DNA from: an uncultured Kiloniellaceae bacterium
GTDB lineage: Bacteria > Actinomycetota > Acidimicrobiia > Spongiisociales > UBA11373
Assembly: GCA_964194935.1 (NCBI GenBank)
Contig: CAXMOL010000106.1
Location: forward strand, 2,058-66,057
Direction of reading: 5' to 3'
Length of the DNA: 64,000 nt
Part shown: positions 9,874 through 16,922 of the stretch, piece after piece
How the letters are laid out: the number at the start of each line of letters is the position of its first letter
How positions within the stretch are numbered: the first letter of the stretch is position 1
Made by a program: the position numbers and the translations under genes
The notes under the pieces: model-generated
Databases searched by the model: none
What the model was told of the DNA's origin: nothing
What the model saw: the letters and a program-made list of their open reading frames with translations, nothing else

Positions 9874-10233
9874 TCAGTCAGCAGTCAGGTCTGCGGCTTG
9901 TCGAATCCAGTCGGCGGCCTTCTCATTGGCGACCTCGGCCGTTGACGCGACCTCGGCCGCGGATGCCGAGCCGAGAGCCGAGAACGTCGTTATGCCTGAC
10001 TGCTCCAGGCGCGCCCGGTAGACGGGTCCGATGCCCTTAACTTGCGAGAGGTCGTCGTCGGTGGTCTGCAGAGCAGTTGGGGGACCGGGAGCAACCCGAA
10101 AGGCCGGAGCCTCGGCGGGGGTGACCGGAACGGTTTCGGGGCCTAGTAGTCGGTCCTTTACCAGCCAGATAACGGCAGCGATACCGGCTCCGACTCCGAT
10201 GGCGTATCCACCCAATTTGGTTATGCGGCGCAT
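9874..10233 (-). CDS. Small membrane-anchored protein with a helix-hairpin-helix motif
   Basis: 119 aa. N-terminal TM GYAIGVGAGIAAVIWLV and a C-terminal LSQVKGIGPVYRARLEQSGITTFSAL HhH-like motif. It sits 3 nt downstream of rlmN on the same strand. Confidence 0.5.
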   Translation of the reverse strand: MRRITKLGGYAIGVGAGIAAVIWLVKDRLLGPETVPVTPAEAPAFRVAPGPPTALQTTDDDLSQVKGIGPVYRARLEQSGITTFSALGSASAAEVASTAEVANEKAADWIRQAADLTAD

Positions 10234-10270
10234 GCTCCAAGTGTACGACCGTGGGATCTGGGGGCGAATG

Positions 10271-11863
10271 TCATTCGCCGGCGGCGGTGGCTGTACTCAC
10301 ACGTGGGTCGGCCGCGGCGGTCCTAACCCCATCAGCGTCGATGGCTATCACTGAAACGGGGCCCCAACCGGGGGTGTTGGCCGGCCCCGGCAGGATCGTA
10401 TGACCTAGCGCGCCCAGGCCGGTGATGACGTGTTCCGGCATCCCGGATTCGACCTGAACAGCAGGCCCTTCGTCGGTGCCCTCGATACTCCACCTTGGGA
10501 GTGCCTGGGCTTCGATCGGGTCGAGTTCGGCGATCAGCATGGCGGCCACCATCTGTGCGAGGTATTGCGGTTGTTGGTCACCCCCGCGAGTCCCAAGGAT
10601 GAGCGCAGGTTCGTCGCCTCTGGTCCACAGTGTCGGCGCCAAGGTGTGTAGTGGTCGCTTGCCGGGCCCTGCTTCATTGGGGTGTCCTGCGGTCACCGAG
10701 AAACCTGCGGCGCGGTTGTGGAGAAATACCCCGGTCGAGCCGGCGGAGATCCGGCTGCCGATGCCGAAGTAGTTGGACTGGATGCATGAGACCGCCATGC
10801 CGTCGGCGTCGATTGCGCAGAAAAAGGCCGTGCCGGCTGGGCCTGGAGTCGGTTCTGGCCAGTCGGCGACTGCGTTGGGAGCGATAGCCTGGAGACGCTG
10901 ATCCAGCCGTTCGGAAGCTAGATATTCAGAGAGTTCCCATGGAAGGTGATCCGGATCTGCGACCACGTCGTTTCGTTCCCAGGCGAAGGCTCGATAGGCC
11001 TCTATCACCGCGTGATGGAAAGCGGGATCAGTCGCATCGGCTGGTGGGCCGAGTCGTTCCAGCACCCAGGCGGCAGCGAGCGTGATGTACCCCTGGCTGT
11101 TCGGCGGGATGGTCCAGCCGGTGAGGCCGAACACATCGATACTCAGTGGTTCGACCCAATCAACGTCATTGGCGGCGAGGTCCTCGGTGGTGAGCACGCC
11201 CTCCGTGGCCTTGGCGACCGCTGCGGCGATGCTGCTCTCATAAAACCCCGCTCGCCCGTCTGTGGCGATGGTTTCCAACGTTGCCGCTAGGTCTCGTCGT
11301 CGGAGAGTTGCGCCAGCTCTGGGGGGTGTGCCGTCGGGGTACAGGGCTTCCGCCGACGGTTGACCAACGAGGGAGTCCGCCAACCGTTCGAGCGTTTCGG
11401 CGAACTCAACCGATACTTCGAAGCCCTCTTCACCCAATGCGATCGCATCCGCCAGAACTGCCCTGAAGTCGAGCCGTCCGTGTCGATCCTGTAGTGCCGC
11501 CCATCCGTCGACGCATCCCGGTACCGAGATTGTGGACGTTCCGTAGGTGGGCATTCGAGTATGTCCTGCCTCCCGTAGCGCCGCTGCGCTGAGACCCGAT
11601 CCACCCCTGCCGCTCGCATTGAGCACGTCGGGTCGATCCATCCCGGGTTGGTGGACGATGGCAAAGAGGTCCCCGCCGATTCCGCATGTCGATGGGAGCA
11701 CCACTCCGAGGACTGCGTTGGCCGCAATTACTGCATCGGCGGCCGAACCGCCCGCGTCCATTGCTCGCAGCGCGGCGGCGGTTGCTTCATGGTGGGGGGT
11801 CACGGCAACTGCGCCGGTACCGGAGTAGCTGGAGATCTTGGGCGTCAAGGCGTGAGGCTCCAT
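10271..11863 (-). CDS. ggt: Gamma-glutamyltranspeptidase (Ntn-hydrolase)
   Basis: 530 aa. The N-terminal domain reads ...SGGSAADAVIAANAVLGVVLPSTCGIGGDLFAIV. The catalytic Thr region is TAFFCAIDADGMAVSCIQSNY and the oxyanion region is GTRGGDQQPQ, as in the GGT family. Confidence 0.85.
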   Translation of the reverse strand: MEPHALTPKISSYSGTGAVAVTPHHEATAAALRAMDAGGSAADAVIAANAVLGVVLPSTCGIGGDLFAIVHQPGMDRPDVLNASGRGGSGLSAAALREAGHTRMPTYGTSTISVPGCVDGWAALQDRHGRLDFRAVLADAIALGEEGFEVSVEFAETLERLADSLVGQPSAEALYPDGTPPRAGATLRRRDLAATLETIATDGRAGFYESSIAAAVAKATEGVLTTEDLAANDVDWVEPLSIDVFGLTGWTIPPNSQGYITLAAAWVLERLGPPADATDPAFHHAVIEAYRAFAWERNDVVADPDHLPWELSEYLASERLDQRLQAIAPNAVADWPEPTPGPAGTAFFCAIDADGMAVSCIQSNYFGIGSRISAGSTGVFLHNRAAGFSVTAGHPNEAGPGKRPLHTLAPTLWTRGDEPALILGTRGGDQQPQYLAQMVAAMLIAELDPIEAQALPRWSIEGTDEGPAVQVESGMPEHVITGLGALGHTILPGPANTPGWGPVSVIAIDADGVRTAAADPRVSTATAAGE

Positions 11864-11933
11864 GGCGGGTATGTGGGTACCCAGTATCCCGTATCCAGCA
11901 ACATCAGATGGAAGCCTGGCGCCTGGTTGCGGG

Positions 11934-12587
11934 CTACGGGCGCCCGATCCTCCGGTTTACCGCGTTGAGCACGGCACGTACCGCCGTTTCTGACTCGTCT
12001 CCGCTGCTCAATGCGGATCCAACGGACATTTCCTCGCCACGCTCGCCTGTTGCGACGACGACTGCAACGATCACCGTCTTCATCCCGATGGCGGGATTGC
12101 CTATCGAATCCAGGGCCAAGACGTCGTCCCCGAGGAGTGATTCGATGGCCCGCAGTGCCGCCTCGCCGACCAGGCGCAGCCGAGCCGACTGCGCCGCGGG
12201 GCCGGTGGCGGTCCCGGCGTACTCCTCGCCGTGCCACCCCAATGTCACCGCAACCGTTGTGCGTGGCCCCTCGGGAATCTCGTGGACGCCCATGATTGCC
12301 GGCCGATCATCGTCGGCGGCGATCGAATCCAGCCCGATCTGCACTACTGAGATGACACGCCGATCGAGCGTGATACCGAATCGGGCGAGCGCCACCGTCT
12401 GCACGTCGCGAACGACCTGCTTTGGCGCCTTTTGCGGAGACGCGAGCACGTGGACCTCGGTCACATCATCGCCTTCAGTCGCAACCCTGACTGCGGTGAT
12501 CGAGGGGAGCCGTGCCAACGTCTCTTCCAGCTCTTGCGTGTCCATCGAGAGCAACCCTTCCACCACAAAGCGTAGCCAACCGGACAC
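11934..12587 (-). CDS. Hypothetical protein with three internal roughly 50-aa repeats
   Basis: 217 aa ORF with good codon usage and three similar segments (ITAVRVATEGDDVTEVHV / RTTVAVTLGWHGEEYAG / MKTVIVAVVVATGERGEEM). No family is assigned. The start may be the internal MDTQELEE. Confidence 0.4.
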   Translation of the reverse strand: MSGWLRFVVEGLLSMDTQELEETLARLPSITAVRVATEGDDVTEVHVLASPQKAPKQVVRDVQTVALARFGITLDRRVISVVQIGLDSIAADDDRPAIMGVHEIPEGPRTTVAVTLGWHGEEYAGTATGPAAQSARLRLVGEAALRAIESLLGDDVLALDSIGNPAIGMKTVIVAVVVATGERGEEMSVGSALSSGDESETAVRAVLNAVNRRIGRP

Positions 12588-12757
12588 CCTCTGTCACTCC
12601 GGCCAACCGGGCAGCACACGTAGTACGGAATCCAGGTATTGTGTCGGTGGGCGGACGTCATCCCCTGACCCGGGGGTGCGTCCGCTTTGTTGTGTTCAAG
12701 GGGCCTCTGGCCAGCTTGGACCGGTAGCGGGAGGGTCGTGAGACCGCCCCATTTGGC

Positions 12758-12821
12758 GTGTGCCCCGTGGCACACATTGACAAGTGAAGGTGGGCATTGA
12801 TCGTGCCGATGGAGACATTGA
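12758..12821 (+). promoter_or_regulatory. Candidate operator/promoter block: palindrome GTGTGCC-ccgt-GGCACAC followed by three CATTGA(C) direct repeats at about 20-21 bp spacing
   Basis: gtgtgccccgtggcacaCATTGAcaagtgaaggtgggCATTGAtcgtgccgatggagaCATTGAcacgg lies in the 450-bp divergent intergenic region upstream of the HD-domain operon leader. Confidence 0.4.
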
Positions 12822-12940
12822 CACGGTCAGCGACCCCGGGTTGCCCGGGTCACCTGTACGGCTAGCCCTCGACGAGTGAAGCGGATATCCACTGCGAAAG
12901 CGGTGAGACTTCTCCAGAAAGGGAACCGGAGGTGATTCAA

Positions 12941-13009
12941 ATGGTTGACCGTGGGAAGAAGACCAGTGAGATCTGCCGGCAGTACAGCATGGGCTGGCGT
13001 GTCGGCTAA
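12941..13009 (+). CDS. Candidate small ORF / leader peptide (22 aa, MVDRGKKTSEICRQYSMGWRVG) in the leader of the HD-domain operon
   Basis: The ATG is preceded by a near-perfect Shine-Dalgarno sequence GGAGGTGA with a 5-nt spacer. The ORF ends at TAA 13007-13009, 31 nt before the ATG of the downstream gene, which itself lacks a recognisable SD. Confidence 0.3.
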   Translation: MVDRGKKTSEICRQYSMGWRVG

Positions 13010-13040
13010 GTGACTGACCCGGGCGGCCCGCTACCTGCTT

Positions 13041-14336
13041 ATGAACTCAAAACAGATCGACCGTAGAACCGCAATTCTTGCCGCCGTATCGGCTGGGGCG
13101 GGTGCGGTTGTAGTCGTTGTGCTCTTCGTTCTTCAAAGCGACCCTCACCCTCTCTGGTTGTGGGGGACCTTTGCCGTCGCTTTTGTAATCCTGGAATTCT
13201 GGTCGGTCGAGGTAAACGACCGCCTCTTTATCTCGTCCTCGATCATGGTTGCGTTCAGCGGCATGGTTATTTTCGATCGGGACAGCGCAGTGCTGGCCGT
13301 CACCCTCATGGCTGCCGTCGCGGTACTTCACCCCGAGGACCTCCGTCTGCGGAGATGGCGCCAGCCTGCCTACAACTTTGGCCAGTTGGTGCTGTCCACG
13401 GCCATCGGTGCGCTGGTTCTATACCCCTTCTTGCCCCAGAGCACTCTGCTCATCTCCGACGTTCCGGTGCTGGTCGGCGGGGCCGCGCTGGCGTCCCTTG
13501 TCTACAACTGGGTCAACTTTCGTCTGGTCGCCCTGTACGTGAAAGTGGCCTACCCGGATCGTTCTCTCCGGCCTTGGTCCCGGATGTTGGCCAATCATCT
13601 GGTTCACGCCGTGCTGGGGGCCTACGGGGCCTTGATCGGAGCCGCCTATCTGCTGGTCGGCCCTGCGGCACTGCCGATGGTCGTCGGCACTTTCCTGATC
13701 GGACACTCAGGTTTTGCCGTCTATTCCCGGATGCGGCAGGCCCACGAGGACACGGTGAGCGGATTCGTAAAGGCGGTCGAGGCACTTGACCCGTATACCA
13801 AGGGGCACACCGAACGCGTTGCCCAGTTCTGTCGAATGGCCGGAGAACGTCTTGGGCTCGATCCGGATCAGCTCGAAGTGCTGCGATGGGCCGCGCTGAT
13901 TCACGACGTGGGAAAACTCGCCGCTCCGCCGGATCTGATCAGCAAGGAAGGCCCGCTCGGGGATGATGAGAAAGCCAGGCTTGAGCGAAGCGTGCGAGTC
14001 GTCGAGGAGTTGTTGGGCCAGGTTGACTTCCTTGCGGCTGCGGTCGCTGCTATCTCGAGAAGTGAGGTCCCCGAGATCCCTCGTCCGATCATTGCCCGGA
14101 TATTGGGTGCGGCGGACGATTTCGACTTGATGACCAGCACCCGGTCGTATCGATCGGCTCGATCCCAGTCGGCTGCGTTCGAACAGCTCCGCGCAGATGA
14201 GAGGCGACACGGTGTCGACGTCGTGACAGGCCTCATCGAGACCGTTGCGAGTGGCGAAGTCGTGTACGGACCTCCGGACGAAGAGACCTTCGCCGAGGTC
14301 GAGCGTCTGGTGCAAGAGAGGTCTCGTCGTGCGTAG
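13041..14336 (+). CDS. Multi-TM membrane protein with a C-terminal HD-superfamily phosphohydrolase domain (degenerate HD-GYP / PgpH-like). Candidate cyclic-dinucleotide phosphodiesterase.
   Basis: About 7 predicted TM segments, then HTERVAQF...AALIHDVGKLAAPPDLISKEGPLGDDEKARLERS (HD-GYP-like H..HD.GK..P..IL.KPG.L...E pattern) and ADDFDLMTSTRSYRSA (DxxDAMxSxRPYR motif). The canonical HHExxDGxGYP segment is absent. Confidence 0.75.
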   Translation: MNSKQIDRRTAILAAVSAGAGAVVVVVLFVLQSDPHPLWLWGTFAVAFVILEFWSVEVNDRLFISSSIMVAFSGMVIFDRDSAVLAVTLMAAVAVLHPEDLRLRRWRQPAYNFGQLVLSTAIGALVLYPFLPQSTLLISDVPVLVGGAALASLVYNWVNFRLVALYVKVAYPDRSLRPWSRMLANHLVHAVLGAYGALIGAAYLLVGPAALPMVVGTFLIGHSGFAVYSRMRQAHEDTVSGFVKAVEALDPYTKGHTERVAQFCRMAGERLGLDPDQLEVLRWAALIHDVGKLAAPPDLISKEGPLGDDEKARLERSVRVVEELLGQVDFLAAAVAAISRSEVPEIPRPIIARILGAADDFDLMTSTRSYRSARSQSAAFEQLRADERRHGVDVVTGLIETVASGEVVYGPPDEETFAEVERLVQERSRRA

Positions 14337-15519
14337 TCGCGTGATTTCGGTGGTCCTGGTTGTCGTGCCCTTGACTGTCGGGGGAGCGACGGCTGTCGCG
14401 TGGTGGCCGGGGATCGAATTCCCTGCTCTGGTCGTGACCTATTTGGCGGCGTATGTGGTGACGACCCCGACTGCGCCGGATCGAAGGGTGTCGCTCTCGA
14501 TGGGTGTTGCCGGGGCAATTGCTCTAATGAGCGGCGGATCGCTTGTGGTGGTGCTCGGTCCGGCCGCGATCGCCCTTCCTCTTGGCCGACTGATCGTGCA
14601 CGTCCGCCACGGGCCCCGAGTAGCCCGCGACATGTTTCCGGCTGAGCCAATCGGCGTGCTGGTGTTTGCTTTGGGGTTCGCTGGAGGCCTCTTGACCGTG
14701 TCCTCCACCAGTCCCGCTCATCCGGGAGTTCTGGCCGTCTTTGCGCTTGCTGCCATCCTTGGGTTCGGCGCGACCGTGTTTGCGAGGTCCCTGTTCTCCG
14801 AGCAACGACGCGTGGTGGCGCGTCGCCTAATAGCGTTGCGGACGCTCGAGGACTGGCCCGCCTATACGATCGTGTACTCGTCTGTCGCCTTGTTCGCCGT
14901 CACGGCCGAGCCAATGGGATGGTGGGCAGTACCGCTCGCCGGGCTCCCATATCTTTTCTCCTATGTGTCGCTGCACCGACTCCAGGGCACAAGGCGCACC
15001 TACGACCAGACCATTCGAGCCCTTGGGGCTATCCCGGAGGCGAGCGGTCAAGTGGTGAGCGGGCATTCAGCACGAACCGCCGAACTTGCCGTGGCGGCAG
15101 GCGCCGAGATTGGGTTGGGTGCCTCTGAGCTGGGACGGCTCGAGTACGCGGCGCTACTGCATGACATCGGTCGAATCGCTCTTGCCAACCCGACTGTTGG
15201 TAGCGACTACTCGTTCAGCGACGTGGCAGGTTGGAGCGCGGCGATCATCGGTGAAGCGAAGTACCTCGAGAAGGTTGCTGCGATAGTTGCCCGCCAGCAC
15301 GCTCCGTATCGAAGAGAGGGCCAGGTTCGGGATCAAGACGTGACACGGTCGTCGCAACTGATTCGGATCGCAGCGCGTTACGACAGCGATGTTGCCGAGG
15401 GTGCGGCGCCTATGGAGGCAATGGAGGTGTTGCATCAGGGGGCGGCTTATGACTACGACCCCGAGTTGGTGATGGCTCTGCGACGGGTACTGGAGCGGCG
15501 CGGAGCGTTCGCCGCCTAG
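14329..15519 (+). CDS. Second, paralogous multi-TM HD-domain membrane phosphohydrolase (degenerate HD-GYP-like)
   Basis: N-terminal TM region, then HSARTAELAVAAGAEIGL...LEYAALLHDIGRIALANP (HD motif) and ...ARQHAPYRREG. The likely GTG start at 14329/14341 overlaps the TAG stop (14334-36) of the upstream paralogue, so the 14245 start of the tracked ORF is probably too far upstream. Confidence 0.7.
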   Translation: MRSRVISVVLVVVPLTVGGATAVAWWPGIEFPALVVTYLAAYVVTTPTAPDRRVSLSMGVAGAIALMSGGSLVVVLGPAAIALPLGRLIVHVRHGPRVARDMFPAEPIGVLVFALGFAGGLLTVSSTSPAHPGVLAVFALAAILGFGATVFARSLFSEQRRVVARRLIALRTLEDWPAYTIVYSSVALFAVTAEPMGWWAVPLAGLPYLFSYVSLHRLQGTRRTYDQTIRALGAIPEASGQVVSGHSARTAELAVAAGAEIGLGASELGRLEYAALLHDIGRIALANPTVGSDYSFSDVAGWSAAIIGEAKYLEKVAAIVARQHAPYRREGQVRDQDVTRSSQLIRIAARYDSDVAEGAAPMEAMEVLHQGAAYDYDPELVMALRRVLERRGAFAA

Positions 15520-15534
15520 CAGCGGTCGGTAACC

Positions 15535-15560
15535 TCAATACCTCGGTAGTGAGGTATTGA
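15535..15560 (+). promoter_or_regulatory. Perfect 10-bp inverted repeat (TCAATACCTC-ggtagt-GAGGTATTGA) overlapping the start codon of the crotonase gene
   Basis: Read directly at 15535-15560. It lies 16 nt after the stop of the second HD-domain gene and includes the TTG start at 15557. There is no downstream U-tract. Confidence 0.4.
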
Positions 15561-16330
15561 TCGTGCTGCATTACGAAGTAACACCGCCCCGAGCGACCAT
15601 CACGATGGATGATCCCGGGAGGAGAAATCCTCTGTCCAACGCCGCCATGGCTGAGATGGCCGGCTTCGTTGACGCCGCTGCCAGCGACGACGAGGTGCGG
15701 GTGATCGTGATCACCGGTGCCGGGGATCAGGCGTTTTCTGCGGGGGGTGATCTCAGCGCCGGGTTCGTTGACGATCCACTGGCCGGCCACGACGATCGGG
15801 GGGCACTTGCCGCACTGTTCCGCTCAATGAGGTCGGCCGGCAAGCCGACGGTCGCCCGAGTAAATGGCCATGCCCTGGCTGGGGGCTTTGGTTTGGCTGC
15901 AGCTTGCGACGTCGTGATTGCTGTTGACGAGGCCACCTTTGGAACCCCCGAAATCAAGGTGGGCCTTTGGCCAATGATGATCACGGCCATCTTGCAGCGC
16001 GTCATGCCTCACAAGGCGGCTCTCGAGCTGATGATGACCGGGCGCCGAATCTCGGCGGAGGAAGCGCTGCGCCTTGGTGTGGTCAGCCGGGTGACTTCGC
16101 GTGCTGAGTTGGATGCAGCGGTCGATCTCGTGGTTGATTCGCTGGTTGCCATGAGTCCGGCGATTCTGCGAATGGGCCGAGATGCATTCTTCGCTGTGGA
16201 GGACTTGGACTTCGATACGGCAATCGGCCACCTCCACAGCGGGTTGACAGCTGTCGCCGCGACCGAGGATGCAGCCGAAGGTGTCCGCGCCTTTCTCGAA
16301 AAGCGACGGCCGGACTGGCGCGGTCGGTGA
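15557..16330 (+). CDS. Enoyl-CoA hydratase/isomerase (crotonase family)
   Basis: 257 aa. VIVITGAGDQAFSAGGDLS..., ...VARVNGHALAGGFGLAAACDVVIA and ...GLWP are the crotonase-fold signatures. TTG/GTG start. Confidence 0.8.
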   Translation: MIVLHYEVTPPRATITMDDPGRRNPLSNAAMAEMAGFVDAAASDDEVRVIVITGAGDQAFSAGGDLSAGFVDDPLAGHDDRGALAALFRSMRSAGKPTVARVNGHALAGGFGLAAACDVVIAVDEATFGTPEIKVGLWPMMITAILQRVMPHKAALELMMTGRRISAEEALRLGVVSRVTSRAELDAAVDLVVDSLVAMSPAILRMGRDAFFAVEDLDFDTAIGHLHSGLTAVAATEDAAEGVRAFLEKRRPDWRGR

Positions 16331-16812
16331 AAGACGGCGCCACCAAGCGCTTTCGACCGTCGGCCAAGGCAGTCGTAGTGGCCGACGGGCGGTTGCTGGT
16401 TACTCGCAATCGGACTCCGGCCGATCCCGGCCCCGATTGGTACATCTTGCCGGGCGGGGGACAACACCTCGGCGAAACTCTCGAGGCCACCCTGGTGAGA
16501 GAAGTCCGCGAGGAAACGGGGGTCGAGGTGATCCCCGGACCCTTGCTCTGGATACGTGAACTGATCGTGGCGCTGCGTCCCGACTGGCCGTTCGACCCCG
16601 GCGATCATGTCCTCGAATTCATGTTCGCCGCCGCCTATGTCGCCGACCATGGGGATGGTCATGAGGAGGACCGCTATCAGGTCGGCGTTGAATGGGTTGC
16701 TGTCGACGCCCTGGCTGATCTGCGGTTCTATCCGTCTGCCGTCGTTCCGTCTCTGCGAGAGCACATAAACGGTGGGAGTTCGGGCCCGATCTATCTCGGC
16801 GACACTTCCTAG
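16327..16812 (+). CDS. NUDIX hydrolase
   Basis: Nudix box GGGQHLGETLEATLVREVREETGVEV (GX5EX7REUXEEXGU). The GTG start overlaps the crotonase stop (GTGA). Confidence 0.8.
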   Translation: MKDGATKRFRPSAKAVVVADGRLLVTRNRTPADPGPDWYILPGGGQHLGETLEATLVREVREETGVEVIPGPLLWIRELIVALRPDWPFDPGDHVLEFMFAAAYVADHGDGHEEDRYQVGVEWVAVDALADLRFYPSAVVPSLREHINGGSSGPIYLGDTS

Positions 16813-16922
16813 GCGGGTTTGGTGCGCCGGCTGTACTCGACCCAGTTCCGCTCGTGCGTGCCGCGTTGCTGGTCGTGGGGTGTCCTACGCTCGGAGTCGA
16901 TGCTTGTTGGATTCCAGCGCAC

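Noticed and set aside
12461-12775. 104-aa minus-strand ORF and other short ORFs (12011..12295, 12512..12727) inside the gene and intergenic region around 12 kb
   Set aside because: No SD or start context. They overlap a better-supported gene or the regulatory region, and their composition is typical of GC-rich non-coding frames.
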